Counted from the stretch's first letter, positions 1-14,500 are shown. The stretch: DNA of 64,000 nucleotides from Tubulanus polymorphus (GCF_964204645.1 NC_134033.1:14578655-14642654), one strand, 5' to 3'. The notes: generated by a model not told the origin, from the letters alone. Numbers and translations are program-made.

Positions 1-2268
1 TTGATTAAAAGATTTTTTAAGTATGTACAATTAAGGTAAATTCAATATCTTATGTGAAATTTTCCGAGTGTAGCGTAGATATTTCAGGCCCCGTATATGA
101 CTATTGTTTAACTGAAAATCAAGATATAGATAGGACAATTTACTAATTAACCAATCACTTAGATATTAGCAATCATTCAATACATTATAATGTTTGATGA
201 GAAATTCTTCTGGTGTAAATAAATTAGGGCTCAATATACATATAGGCTGGCTTCACTTGTAACCATATATATCAATTCAACTTTATCGTCGGTTAATAAA
301 CTTAATAGACTTTATAAACATCCAGGCACTTTATAGTATATATTATGTGCCGCCTTACCCATTGCATTAATGAATTTCTCAGCGAAAGATGCATGAAATA
401 GTGTCTAGGGTTCTATCGAGATCTGGGGTGATATATATGGGGAAAACTATGGACTGCTGGTCTTTTAGAAACTGTGATTAGGTCTATGCACTTTGAAAAA
501 TCTAGAATCTGACAAAGCTTTAATTGATTCAAATTATTCCCCAGAGCCATACTCTGTGCATTGTTTTGCGCTATGATTATGGTTTAACTGACAAATATGG
601 CTTAGATATCCACAATTAAGATGAATTCAATATTTCATGAAAGATCGAAAACTCTTTATATGTAATACAGGTCCATGATATAAATGTCGTTAAACTGACA
701 ATTCAAATATAGGTCATATATGTATATATGGGCACATCTGAATCAGCCTTATCGACTTATCAGTATTTCCATCTCCAACCGCTGTGCTTACAGCGACTGG
801 TCATGCTCTTCAATATTGCCAAAATTTACCAACCCTAACTGATTCAAATAATATCTAAAAGCATTACTGTGTGTCAAGTGACGCATAAAAGATATTGTTT
901 AACTGACAATTAGAATATTATAGCTAAGGCTAAGAAAAATTACTCAATCTCATTAACATATGTATTACTTATCTACAATTCAGGTGAATTCAATATGTAT
1001 TGTGAAATTATTTTTAATTCAGTTCCATGGACGTTTAAAATGTAGCTGATACACGTGTATCTGAGCACATTTATTTATGTGTATCTAAGTGAACCTATTG
1101 CGTCTTCATACAGCTGTATTAGTTTTGATACATATTGCCAAAATAATTAAACGCAGATTTACTTCCGATTGAAGGGAAATAAAACAAATCTGTACGTGCA
1201 CAAATACATTCCTGAATTTGGAAGGGGGAATATTTCAATTTCACTGTGTATGTCAGATTGAGAGCCTTATTCTGACAGGATATCCTTAACTTAGGTCTTA
1301 TTCCTCTTGCTAAAAGCTCTCTTTTACTAACCCCTCTCCTTCAAACTATATTCCAGCATCATGTCTTGCACCGCACCAGGGAGGTCCGGTCATAACAAGG
1401 TCTTTCGGTCCTTATACACAGTGTACTATTAAAGGGAAATAAAGATTACATAGCAATTCAGCTAATTTCTAATTTACCACTAAAAATGTGCTTAAATTCA
1501 AATAGTGATGAATTCACCACATCTGAAATTCTACTCATGTAGATTTTCAGGCTCCATATGAATATTGTTCAACTGACAAATGTATAGCTAGTATGATTAC
1601 TAATTAACGGATCGCTTAGATATCTAGAAGATTAATTAAAATCAATTCAACATAATGAATATAAGTGAAAATTATTCAAATAAGGCAACTATACGGTGCA
1701 ATGTTGTCTGCGTCTAACTGGGCCACTTGTATGCGGGATCTGTTGAATCAGTTAGGTTTTGGGGAATTCTGGATTCATCAAACTAGATATCAAAAGCTCT
1801 GATGCAAAATTAGCAGTTTGAAATAGTGATCAATCCAAATTTGTACCGGATCTGAATTTCTTCTCGCGTAGATATTTCAAGCCCCATATAAAGTATTGCC
1901 AGATACAATTTTAATTATAGCTAGGACATTAATTGATTGATATCTAAAGATGAAGATTAATTCAGCATCTTCATATAAGGTAAAAGTGCTCAAATCTAAA
2001 CCATAGGGGTTGATAAAACAACTGTATAATTTAATATTGGTTGATATCTAAAGAATAGGGTGTGTGTCTTGTGCGAGGGATTTATCGAATCTTTAAGGCT
2101 TTTTTTTAATTCTGGATTTGTCAGGTGTGGGAATGATTCAAGGTTTCTTAAATCTGTAGAACCATGTTGTTTATGGGACCAGTGTGCTCAATGCTGGTAG
2201 CACACTCTTTAGCTATAGTTGTATTATCATTATTATCAGATCATTGTATATTTTAGCAGCAATATTAA

Positions 2269-4308
2269 GAATTACTGAAATGGATTAGAATACCATTCAC
2301 TGGGTACAGATGTCATAATCTATGGGTAGAAAACATCCCTAAAGTTTATTAATTAACGATGGAGTTGATTTGATAATACAAATATAGTTCAGTTAGCTGA
2401 CAATAAAAATGTATATAGGGCAATATTACTAGCAGGTTTACACTGTATGATGGGCCTGGGTTTCAATAAAAGCCTACTGGCCACTGGGTGTTTAGCACCC
2501 GAGAAAGAGACACATCAAGAATTAACAAAGATAGAAGAGAAAAACAGTACAAAAACGATTTGATAAGATTTATTATGCATTACTCAATATGTTGTAACTC
2601 TGGTATTCCTAGAGATGACTATAGCTGCTTTAATCGAATTGCTGTTAAACTATAATAATCAACCATTGCTTAGATATCTAGAATATATAGATGAATAACA
2701 ATATGAGTAAAGTTTCATTTAAAAATAATTTAATGATTGACTATTATCAAAATCTATATACCGATCCACATTGCTGATCTTATGTGTGAATTGTCACATT
2801 AATTATGATCAGTGATATTGGAACGGATTTTCTGCTCAAAAGGTTCCTGCTCTTTTCTCCTGCTAAACTGCTACATGTATAATTATCCACTAGTCATAAA
2901 ATGTACAAAATGATCTTCAACCTTGTAATATAGATATCCAAAATCCCGATGTTATAAAATAGGCAGAAAAAAAGTTAACCTTGTAATATAGATATCCAAA
3001 ATCTCGATGTTATAAAATAGGCAGAAAAAAAAAACCTTGTAATATAGATATCCAAAATCAGGATGTATTAAAATAGGCAGAAAAAAATAAACCTTGTAAT
3101 ATAGATATCCAAAATCTCGATGTAATAAAATAGGCAGAAAAAAGTTAACATTGTAATATAGATATCCAAAATCTCGATGTTATAAAATAGGCAGAAAAAA
3201 ATAAACCTTGTAATATAGATATCCAAAATCTCGATGTAATAAAATAGGCAGAAAAAAATAAACCTTGTAATATAGATATCCAAAATCAGGATGTATTAAA
3301 ATAGGCAGAAAAAAAAGTTAACCCTGTAATATAGATATCCAAAATCTCGATGTAATAAATTAGGCAGAAAAAAGAATTAACCTTGTAATATAGATATCCA
3401 AAATCTCGATGTAATAAAATAGGCAGAAAAAGATAAACCTTGTAATATAGATATCCAAAATCTCGATGTTATAAAATAGGCAGAAAAAAAGTTAACCTTG
3501 TAATATAGATATCCAAAATCTCGATGTAATAAAATAGGCAGAAAAAAATAAATCTTGTAATATAGATATCCAAAATCTCGATGTAATAAAATAGGCAGAA
3601 AAAAAGTTAACCTCGTAATATAGATATCCAAAATCTCGATTTTATGAAATAGGCAGAAAAAAAATAAACCTTGTAATGTAGATATCCAAAATCTAGATGT
3701 TTTAAAATAGCAGAAAAAATGTTTAGAATTACTGAAATAGATTAGAATACCAATCAATGGATACAGATGTCACCATCTGTGGGTACATAGGGCAATATTA
3801 CTAACTGTATGATGGGCTTGGGTTTCAATAAAAGGCTACTGTCGCCTGGGATTCAAAGAGAAAGAGACAAATCAAGAATTAACGAAGGTGGAAGAGAAAA
3901 ATAGTAGAAAAACGATTTGATAAGATTTATTATGCATTACTAAATTTGTTGTAACTCTGGTATTCCTAGAGATGACTATAGCTGCTTTAATCGAATTGTT
4001 GTTAAACTATAATAATCAACCATTGCTTAGATATCTAGAATATAGATGAATAACAATATGAGTTGAATTTCATATAGATATAATCTATTAATTGACTATT
4101 ATCAAAATCTACGTATCGGTCCACATTGCTGATCTTGTATGTGAATTGACACGTTCATTATGATCCGTGATATTCGAAAGGATTTTCTGCTCACATGATT
4201 CTGCTCTCTTTTTAGCCCAACTACTAATCAACTAGTCATAAAATGGACAAAATGATCTTCAACCTTGTAATATAGATATCCGAAATCTTGATGTATTAAA
4301 ATAGGCAG
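2269..4308. repeat. Local direct duplication (~2269-2968 and ~3726-4308) enclosing a minisatellite
   Basis: Both copies begin GAATTACTGAAAT(G/A)GATTAGAATACCA and share long tracts, e.g. GTTGTAACTCTGGTATTCCTAGAGATGACTATAGCTGCTTTAATCGAATTG. Both end in the AACCTTGTAATATAGATATCC unit. Confidence 0.9.
2919..3719. repeat. ~59-60 bp minisatellite, about 13-14 copies
   Basis: Unit AACCTTGTAATATAGATATCCAAAATCTCGATGTAATAAAATAGGCAGAAAAAAA(AT/GTT) repeated head-to-tail with no spacers. Confidence 0.95.
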
Positions 4309-4539
4309 TCAACTTAATTGACCCCAATCAGTCGCTTGCCCATTCAGACTGGTTGGAAGATTTTTTAATGAACCACGACCGAATTTCCCAATTACGTACT
4401 TCGACTTTGAAAAAAAAAATTATGTAAACTCGACCGCCGATCACACAACTATATCTGTACTTCTATTTTCGATTTTGAAAAAAAACCACCTGTTTCGCTC
4501 CCGGTGGGTGCGGCAAATTTATAAGGGACACCAACTCGA

Positions 4540-6760
4540 ATCAATCAAATGAAATCTACCAATCAAATAATGATTAGAACAGCCTGCGGAAGAATCAAAC
4601 CAGAAGATCGTCACCGATACTGAACCCAGCAATCTTGAGAGGTAAGTTGATTTTTATGGAAACTATTATGATAAATTCTAAATGAAATATTGCGAGATAA
4701 CAGGATATCTTCTTTTAATCATTGCAGCAAACATGCCAAAAGACGACAGAGAAGAGATGCTGCAGATTCAGCGGCCACGTAGACAGAAAAAGATGATATG
4801 ATGACAGCCCCGAAGACACCATAGCACTGAATTAAACTCACCGACTCAAAGAAGATCGTAGCCGATACTGAACCCAACAATCGTAAACTGTTAGTTGATT
4901 TACATGGAAATTATTATGATTAATGTTATATAAAATATTGCAGGATAACAGGATATCTTCTTTTAATCATTGCAGCTAAATATCAACTATAAGAAAAAAC
5001 CGAGCTTGAGAACAACTACTCGTCCAAAACCAACCAACTGGAAAAGCACACAGATGAGGCCGACTAAAATATACACATCAACCAACCAACTAATAAGATA
5101 ATCGCCAATAATGAACCCAGCAATCATAAAAGGTAACTTGATATAGGCCTACATGGAATTATAGCGATTGATTCTAGATAAAATGTTTTGTCATTACAGG
5201 ATATCTTCTTTTAATCATTGCAGCGAATACGCCAAAAGACGACAGAGAAGAGATGCTGCAGATTCAGCCGCCACTGAGACAGAAAAAGATGATCTGATGA
5301 CAGCCCCAAAGACACCATAGCACTGAATTAAACTCATCGACCAACAACAAACAAGATCATAGCCGATACTGAACCCAGCAATCGTTATTAAAGGTAAGTT
5401 GATTTACATAGAAATTATTATGATTAATGTTAAAAGAAATATTGGGGGAATACAGGATATGTTCTTTGATTCATTTCAGCTGAATCACATCTATAAGGAA
5501 AAGCTCAGCCTGAGATCAACTAGTCATCTAGAATCTACTGATTAAAACCACCTAAACTCAGCGATCTTGAAAGGTAAGTTGATTTACATGGAAATTATTA
5601 TGATAAATGTTATAGCCTATGATATATTGTGTGAATACAGGATATGTTCTTTAATTCATTTCAGCTAAATCAAATCTATAAGAAAGCATTCTTATAGGAG
5701 GCATTTAATTATCAAAATCTATGCCCCGGTCCACATTGCTGATCTGATATATACTCGGCATCTTATTCTACAGTCATTAGTCTCAAACAGTGAGGAACTA
5801 ATGCTGCATCTACAATGAATTATCGGGGGCTAAAACTAATGTTCGAATACACCGAAGACGACAAAGAAGAGATGCTGCACATTCAGCCGCCACCGAGACA
5901 GAAAAAGATGATCTGACGACAGCCCCAAAGACACCATAGCACTGAATTAAACTCATCGACCAATGACAAACAAGATCGTAGGATATGTTCAATTAATTTC
6001 AGCTAAATCAAATCTATAAGAAAGCATTCTTATAGGAGGCATTTAATAATCAAAATCTATGCCCTGGTCCACATTGCTGATCTGATATATACTCGGCATC
6101 TTAATCTACAGTCATTAGTCTCAAACAGTGAGGAACTAATGCTGCATCTACAATGAATTATCGGGGGCTAAAACTAATGTTCGAATACACTGAAAACGAC
6201 AAAAGAAGAGATGCTGCACATTCAGCCACCACCGAGACAGAAAAAGATGATCTGACGACAGCCCTCAAAGACACCATAGCACTGAATTAAACTCATCGAC
6301 CAACGACAAACAAGATCGTAGCCGATACTGAACCCAGCAATCGTTAAAGGTAAGTTGATTTTTATTGAAATTATTATGATTAATGCTAAATGAAATATTG
6401 CGAGATAACAGGATATCTTCTTTTAATCATTGCAGCTAAATTTCAACTATAAGAAAGAACCCAGCTTGAGAACAACTACACATCCAAAATTGACCAACTG
6501 GAAAAGCACACAGATGAGGCCAACTAGATACTCATCAACCCATGGAAATAATAAGATAATCACCAATAATGAACCCAGCAATCATAAAAGGTAACTTGAT
6601 ATACATGGAATCATTACGATTAATTCTAAATAAAATATTTTGTCATTACAGGATATCTTCTTTTAATCATTGCAGCGAATACGCCACAGAAGAGATACTT
6701 AAGGTTTAGCCGCCACTGAGATAGAAAAAGATGATCTGATGACAGCCCCAAAGAAATTCA
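4540..6760 (+). ncRNA. Putative spliced lncRNA or decayed gene built from tandemly duplicated exon-intron modules
   Basis: Seven 85-91 nt intron-like units (GTAAGT/GTAACT/GTTAGT...TTTAATCATTGCAG or TTCATTTCAG) at 4642-4727, 4890-4975, 5133-5223, 5394-5479, 5574-5664, 6350-6435 and 6591-6675. They separate repeated exon-like blocks, mostly 95-170 nt, that contain stops. TATA-like TTTATAAG at 4518-4525; AATAAA at ~7072. Confidence 0.4.
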
Positions 6761-6825
6761 TGATGGATTTCTTCTACAATTGGTGGAGCAGAGACAATGC
6801 GTGTCTTATATATAAACAATTAATC

Positions 6826-6960
6826 AGGAGCAGCTGAGACATTAGTTTATATTATCAACAGTTATTCAGGAGCAGCTGAGACAATAGTGTATATTATCAA
6901 CAGTTATTCAGGAGCAGCAGAGACAATGTGTATCGTCTAAACACTTATTCAGGAGCAGCA
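6826..6960. repeat. ~41-bp tandem repeat, 3-4 copies
   Basis: CAGGAGCAGCTGAGACA...TATATTATCAACAGTTATT repeated. Confidence 0.8.
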
Positions 6961-9432
6961 ACGACAGTAGATTATGTAAAGTATTGATTTATTTTACGTA
7001 TCACCTTTTTACAAACAAGTCCGATAGGTAACATGGGTTTACAAAATTCACTGTCTATTTGAAGAGACAGAATAAACTAAAGAAATAGATTTAATGTTGA
7101 TGAATGAATATTGAAGTTAGATAATTAGGGCTCGGGGCCTGGGAAGGAACTGTTCAGATCTGAAAATTTCAATAAAATGGCATCCTCCTGATTCTTTATA
7201 TTGATTAGGCAAACTGTTTTGATTTGTAAACAGATAAATCATGTCCTTTGTAATGTGACAGTCCCTTCTTTGAGTCTCATATAATCTAAGCTCCATTAAT
7301 TCATGGTATTGATCGTGTACTGTGTCTGAGTTCGACTCATAGATCGGTTGAAATACACCTAAACTGAGATAGAATATCGACAGGATAGTTCAGATAACCT
7401 TCATACTTAGTTGAACATAGCTTTGCATGATTTGTAATAATGGCTTAGTTCATAGGATGAATTGGTCTTTTATTCGATTATTACGGTAATATTAGAATTA
7501 GTGATTCATTTTATATTTCCTGAGTGTGAAAATAATTTGCATAGTCTAAATGTTCAAAAGGGAGAGTGTAGTCAGTAAAACAGTTGCAACTTTTAAACGC
7601 AATAAAGGAAGTTGGTACGTAATTAGTTTGGACTCCTAAACTCGCCAAGCAAGTTTATTGGTTTTGAATAAAGATGTTTTGAAGATGATTCCTTGGCCAA
7701 AAAGTGAAGGGCCGGGCCTTCAGTACAAACTGGCTACGCCACCCGAACATCATCACGTATAGTTAAGGAAAACATAGACTATGATATTAGGCAGTGTTCT
7801 GTGTACAAATAATAAGTTTATATAACAAAGTGTCGATGTATTTTTGATGCCATAATTTTAAGGCCCATTAAAGCGATTTAACTAATGAGTAGAATATCTC
7901 GATTTTCACATAGAGTTTTAGCATTGTGTTTCCATGTAGGTGATCCTAGCTAGTTATATGAAACTTATATCATAGTACATTGTATCCACAGAGGTATGAG
8001 AGGTAATACTAGGAATAATGTAATATAAAGGAATGAATAATAATGGCCAGCAATGATTTTGATCGTTTTGATTTTGTTTATAGCTGTTTTAACTTCTTTC
8101 ATTGTCATCCATATCATAAGGTTGAGTGGCTTTCAATGACCACTTAACTTCAAATCGGGGTGTTTAATAAGGAAACTATTATTTAGGTGCAGCAGTGAAT
8201 TTGTAGCACTTTTTTAAGTGAGGCCATAATTTCACCGCTAAAAAATTCCTGATGATGTAAATATTAATAAATAGTACAAAATACAGAGAACATAATTTAA
8301 AAACAAATTGATAAAAACTACATAACAAAATAAATAATATGAAAAAAACAAATGAAATTATAAAGTAATGAAAAAATAAACAAAACCAACAAACAATTAG
8401 TTAATATAGGCCGTCATCATCAGGAATTTTTTTTAAATCAACTCATCTAATTATTAAAGGGTTCTTCTTTCATAGAAAAACCTTCTCCGTGTTTCCCAAC
8501 CTCTCGAGATCTTTTCTGTTGTTGTTTTAAGCATTCTATCGGCTCAGTAATAAACAAAACAAATAACCATAAACCTTAAATAAATCACACACACTAAAAT
8601 AATATCTGTTTCGATAGAATGCTTCAAATAACTGATGAAAGATCACGCGTCCTATAACCTATGTTTCACACCCTGTCACTGCTGTAACTGTTAATTGTTT
8701 TAGGGCTAATATCGGGGAGAGATACAGTTTACTCTTATTAGAAAAAATGTTAAACAGCTATAAACGTGATTAGTTATCAATCGTAAAATTATTGTCATGT
8801 TTTCTCTAAAATAACGTTGTATCAAATGAGCGAAATGATAATGTTTGAAAATCTTTAGTTAAGACAAGGTGCAGCAAAATTCTAGTTGTCTAGTAAAAAT
8901 GATGTTAATGAAAATGAAATTTAGAACGTTAAGTTAATACTAAGCTTTCCAGGATGACTTAGTAGGATTTGTCTCTAGTTTGAATGCTTTTATGTTACAC
9001 TCTTTTTAAAATACAGTTCATTTGTTAACTAGGAACTTACATGATAATTCCTCGAGTACGTAAATACCTGTCATTTAGCAAGGTTTTGTCATGAGAATAA
9101 AACGACACATACGTTTCATTATTCATGGTAAACTTATCAATTGTCTATAGTTAAGTTTATAGCAACTATCAAACTGAGGCCCTATCAAATAAAGTGGAGC
9201 GGTTCTTTTTATAAATGAGGATTTATGAACAGTGTTCATTAGTATTGTCGGTTTTACAATGTCTATATAAAGTATATTTATTTTTCATAACTCCTACATA
9301 CAATGTTGGACAGGTTTTACGTGCACTATATGGTTATGGAGGATCCAGTGCGAGCCAGCTGGCAGTGCTTAGAATTAAGGCACTAGACTCCTGCGTATAT
9401 GGGCCTGATTCAAATCTGCACAAGAAGCATTT

Positions 9433-9672
9433 CAGGGTCCGATCTAAGGAATGAAAGCCACTTGCCTGGGAGCAAGCATATCTGAAATTTCACTTGCCCC
9501 CTCCAAAAGCTACATGCGCTTCACAGGCAGTCCAATTGGTGTTCGTTGTATCGAATGGGAAAATAGCTTAAAATTGCACTAGCCCGGCGGACAAGTGATA
9601 ATGATAACCTACTTGCCCTGATGAGAATATACTTGTCCCGGGCAATCGAACAAGTGCTTAGATCGGACCCTG
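9433..9672. mobile_element. 240-bp MITE, hAT-like CAGGG ends, 5-bp TSD
   Basis: TIR CAGGGTCCGATCTAAG (9433) / CTTAGATCGGACCCTG (9672). CATTT lies directly on both sides. Confidence 0.8.
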
Positions 9673-11524
9673 CATTTCAAATATCGAAAAAGTTATAATT
9701 GTAGACATCTCAGCAATCAGTTGTTTGTAATTTACTTAGCTCTATTCAAATGGATAGTTGAACAATATCTATATGATGTTACTCCATATAGCTTAATTAA
9801 AAAACCTTCAAAATACTTGGCATTAAACGTAACAATGTGTAGAAAATAACGTTGATAATGTTTGAAAATATCAAAGTTGGAAAAACTCTAGTTATCTTGT
9901 TAAATAATGTTAATGAAAATAAAGATCGATTAGTTAATCTCAAGCTTTCCACAGTGAATCTGTAGGTTTTATCTCTAGTTTTAATGCTTGAATACAGTTC
10001 TGAGTTCACCCATTTGTTGAAATTACATGATACAAAAACAATGTTAATTAAATGAAATTAGATATTGATTATTTGAGAGAGTGAATTTGTGGTTTTATGT
10101 CCAGTTTTAATGTTTATATGTTGGAGATATGTTATGCAGTTTTATGTATAAACAGAATATCCTAAATCTCACATTGTCATTTGAATAGTTGATATGATTG
10201 AATGCTTCATATTTCATGAAATAACCAAGTGTCACTTATGCCCGGCGAGTGACTTCATGAATTGTCAAATTAATAGTCTTAGACATTCAGACTAGTCCCA
10301 ATTGTCGGTGTTTAATGGATCAAAGTTAACAATTCTTTGTTCAATTTTGTTATTTTCCTATTGATTCAAATTGTATGAATCAATTGCAGTTGAAATGTTT
10401 TTGGTGAATAAAACCTTGAAATACCTTGCATGATGTAGCATATGTGATATTAAAAGCTAGTAATTTTATATTTTTGATAATCTAAGTCATTACAAGGCTA
10501 AAAATGATACCTTGTTTTTCTTGATGGGTTGGGCCATTTCATAAATCAATGAAATTTGTAATCAGTTCATTTCTATCTGCCGGGTCTGTTATGGTTAGCT
10601 TGATCACGATTAAAAAAAAGTAATGAAGGCCTAATATAGATAGGCAGCCGGCCAGGTCAACTTTTAAGAGTAAAAAAGTAAATCAGATTGATTCATTAAA
10701 TCTTACGCTTTCCAGAGTATTTTGCCAGGTTTATCTCTGGTTTTAGTGCGGGGAGCCATGGACTCTTACCGTTTAGAGTCCATGGTTGTGGGCCAAAGAC
10801 GTTTCCGTTTTAGAGTCTATGGTTGGAGCATGGACGTATAAACTCTAGTTTATAGTTTATACGTCCATGATTGGATTGTTTTTGAAATACAGTCCACGTG
10901 TTTGAGGAACTTGCATTATAATCCCTCGAGCACAAACCTGGCATTTTGTATAATTGTTGTATGAGAATAAATCTGATTGTTTGCTACTCTTTATTTGCTT
11001 AGTTAATAAGCTACAACTGTGAACTTAGTTAGTTCACCAGTCAGTGGTTTTTTATTATCTTGCAATGCACCTCTTTTTTCAACCCAATATTCCCCGGCAC
11101 GAACAGGGTGCGGAGACGAGGATGTCCGGAAAATATGATAATCGATTATATCATTGGCAATACAGCTTACAACTTTAAACCTGACACTTGTTGACCAGTT
11201 AGAAGCGAGTGTTGAGCTGTCGAAGAGTAATTACGAAATTAGCGATCTTTTTGATTGTCACTTAAGCCATTAGGGGCGGATCCAGACCGTATTAGCCGTA
11301 TTGCCCAATACGGTCTAGAATTTAAAGTAACCTTCGAAATTCCTCGGCAATACTTTTTGATGGCTTCACCACCCGCTAATTTGATTTGTCCACTGATGAT
11401 CGGTTTGATTTTTATATAACGCAGAAGCAGAGGCTGGGAGCACCTAGTATCCTGTGATAGCACTTTTTGGTGCGAAAGTTTATTTTCCTTATGTGTTAAC
11501 ATTACATGATTAACTACACGGCGA

Positions 11525-14500
11525 TTAAGATTTAGATTTAATGCAGTGAATCATTGCCCCGATTGCGCCGATATATCCTTCAAATTTCATAAACCGTGCG
11601 TATACTGGCCAGGCGAAGATCTGAAATTATGAAAAGAATATCTTAGGCAAAGCTATTTCATCGTGATCTTCATCCTGGAGAAAATCTAGATGGAGTTCTG
11701 GAGATGATAGAACAATACGGTATCCGTTTTCAAGGCGAATAACGAGAGAGCAATCCCACGACAATAAATTCGGCCAAAAATGAAAAATTCCGTAGTAAAA
11801 TGGTATATATTTCGAGCAAGGTTTCGGCTAAATATTTAGCCAAAATCGCACGCGTGATGTAATAGTTCTTTTGATGTTGGGCTGAATATATTGTGAGATT
11901 TCTCGCCTTATCCTAGATGGAACATGATTGTGTCCATCGAAGTATTCAAATAATGAAAATGATTTGTTGAATATTAGATGTTGCACACAAAGCAAAAAAA
12001 AAGTATAAAATGGTTAGATCTGCTTTTCGTTCTGTATTTTTCATTCAGCGACTTGAAATAATTACAGTTTCAAGCCGGTGTGAGGTTTTCTAGAAAGTTA
12101 CTTCGAAAATAGGAAATCCAAATAGAGATTTCCGTTTCTCGATGGGATTTAGTTGAAATCTCAAACGACGTAAGAACGATTGATTTTCACGCAGATAGAC
12201 TTCGCCGCTCGAGTCGGATCCTTCGGGGCTTTGGGACCGACTTGAGAGTGATTTCCGTGTTAGATATTAAGTATTTCGTATTCTCTCAAAAACATGCAAC
12301 TCGGGCGGAGTCTTATATTGCATTGCGGCGGGTTCGTTTATCAACTTCGAAAACTGGTAAAACTACGCGCCCGAAAGAACCCGAAAGAACCCGCGAGAGA
12401 CGAGTAAAATATAAATCCCACAATCACGAGATCGAAAAAGTTTTTTAAAATATCGCAAACTATTAAAATTTATTAAGCACCCGAATTTTCGGTTTTACAC
12501 TAAAACAATTATCAAGGAATGAAAACTTGTTCGAAAACTGAGTTGACACCGGTTATCTTACTTACATTCGTGATCATTGGCAGACGATCCCGGATGAATT
12601 GTTTGGCTATTTCGGCTTCGTCGGCGAAGAACGATCCGGCCAGGTAACACTTGTTCAATTTATAGGCTCTAGCGAATGAAAACACCGAATAGACAATGTC
12701 GCTACCGATCATATGTAATAACGATCGGGCCAAATCCTCCTTACGTGGATTCTCCAAATCTGAATCAACATGAGAAAAGGTAACTGGAAATTAAAAACAA
12801 TGTTGCGGCACACGCGTACATCAGGGGCAGATCTAGCCTACCGCTCGAAACTCGGGAGTCTTTCAGGAAAGTTTCTTCCCATCGGAGTGCGCCTATATAG
12901 AACCCGCGCACTGCTGATCGTTAGCGGTAATGGCCGACGAAATGCCCATAAATCGCTTCTGATGGCGTTTTTCAAAATTTTTTTAAGGGGAGGACGCCCA
13001 GACCCCCTTTTTGTGCCTGGATACAGGACTGAGCAGCAATCGGGAACTGAGGCTAGATCCGCCCTGTAGGTTTTTCTACGACTACGCCATTAGTTGGCAA
13101 ATTCACATGACCCTCGAAATTTCCCCTCGAAAAAGTCCCCTCATTTTGTTATGTGTGGCAAATCTCCGGCACTGGTTGGCAAACAAACCATAACGTTACG
13201 CGCAACATGTGCACAATAATCACAAACACTTTTCGTCTAGGTTTAGGGTGGTTAAGATGATATAATATCTTTTGGTAGTATGGCTTTCAGGCGATTAGTT
13301 GCCGACGCTACACCGACTTGTGGACAACTTAATAGTCTTTTTTCTCGAATTTACAGGGCATGTATAAACACGTAATAGCTTACGGTTGGGAGCCTCGTCA
13401 ATCTGATTTTAAAAAATGCCCCTAAATACGATTTATACAAGAAATAAACCTCGAGCGAAACTGTATGATGAATTTCTTAGAATTTAGGTAGAAATTTCGA
13501 TTTCTATAGAAATAGTTCAACTTCTTCTTGTGAAATAAACGAAGTTTACGTACGTTTCATTACGATATTTCCAAACGGCAGAATCTCGTAAACGAATTTC
13601 TCGTTGAAAGACGCCAAGTTCATGTTGGCGTACTCGTCTACATTAAGATCTTTGACGGTCGTCGTACAAACGGTAGAATCACCATTCCTAGCAAATTCCA
13701 TCAGTTCGTCGTAAGTCTACAGCAAACAGAAAATGACAAATTCAGTGACCATCCCAACTGGCAGGTCCCCCCAACCCTTCGAAGAATCCGAATCCTAGAT
13801 CTGCCCTTAATTTGCTAAATAGGCTATCTAAGTCGCCTCCGGTTGAGAAAAAATATCGAGCTTTTCAAATATTCAAATTATCAATATTAGTAGGAATAAA
13901 TTGCGGGGCTGTTTGTATCTATTTTCACCTCAGCTCCGGTTAAGAGTTTTCCTATAGAATGGAACGCCGAGCCTGCTACGAGAGATCCACCAATCATATT
14001 CACGGAACCATCTTCATCGACCTACGTAGAAATATTCATGGTAAATTTCAGCAGTTTATGCTGAAATACCTGTAAAAAAACCTTTGTCGGGTTTTGATAC
14101 GTAAAATGCTAAACAGTGTTAGCATGTCTGTTAAAAAGTGATGTGGACAACGATTATAGGGCCCAACAACAATCTCGACTTACAAGTATGTATCCTAGAC
14201 CGCTACCGCAGAATACTAGCAGAGCTGGAAACGTGTCTTGTTTCTCTCTCATCCTGTGTTCTTCCTCTTCTGTTACTTTGACGAATTTTACGGCATTCAT
14301 CCCGAATTCGGATCTGGTCGGCACAGTCGGGTCCTCGTACGGATACAAATACGCGGATTCATTCAATTCCGTCAACATGTAATGGAGTCCCTTTCCGAAA
14401 CACGCGAATTCGTCCGTTAGATCGTTTTGGCTACGTTTCAGAACCAGTTTTGTCAGAAAGGAACGAGAACGGGACGGTGATTTATTGAGCAGAAAAGGAG

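Noticed and set aside
3068-3757. Repetitive ORFs (71 and 126 aa) and a CRISPR-like periodic appearance
   Set aside because: These are translations of the 59-bp minisatellite. There are no unique spacers or cas genes, and the DNA is eukaryotic.
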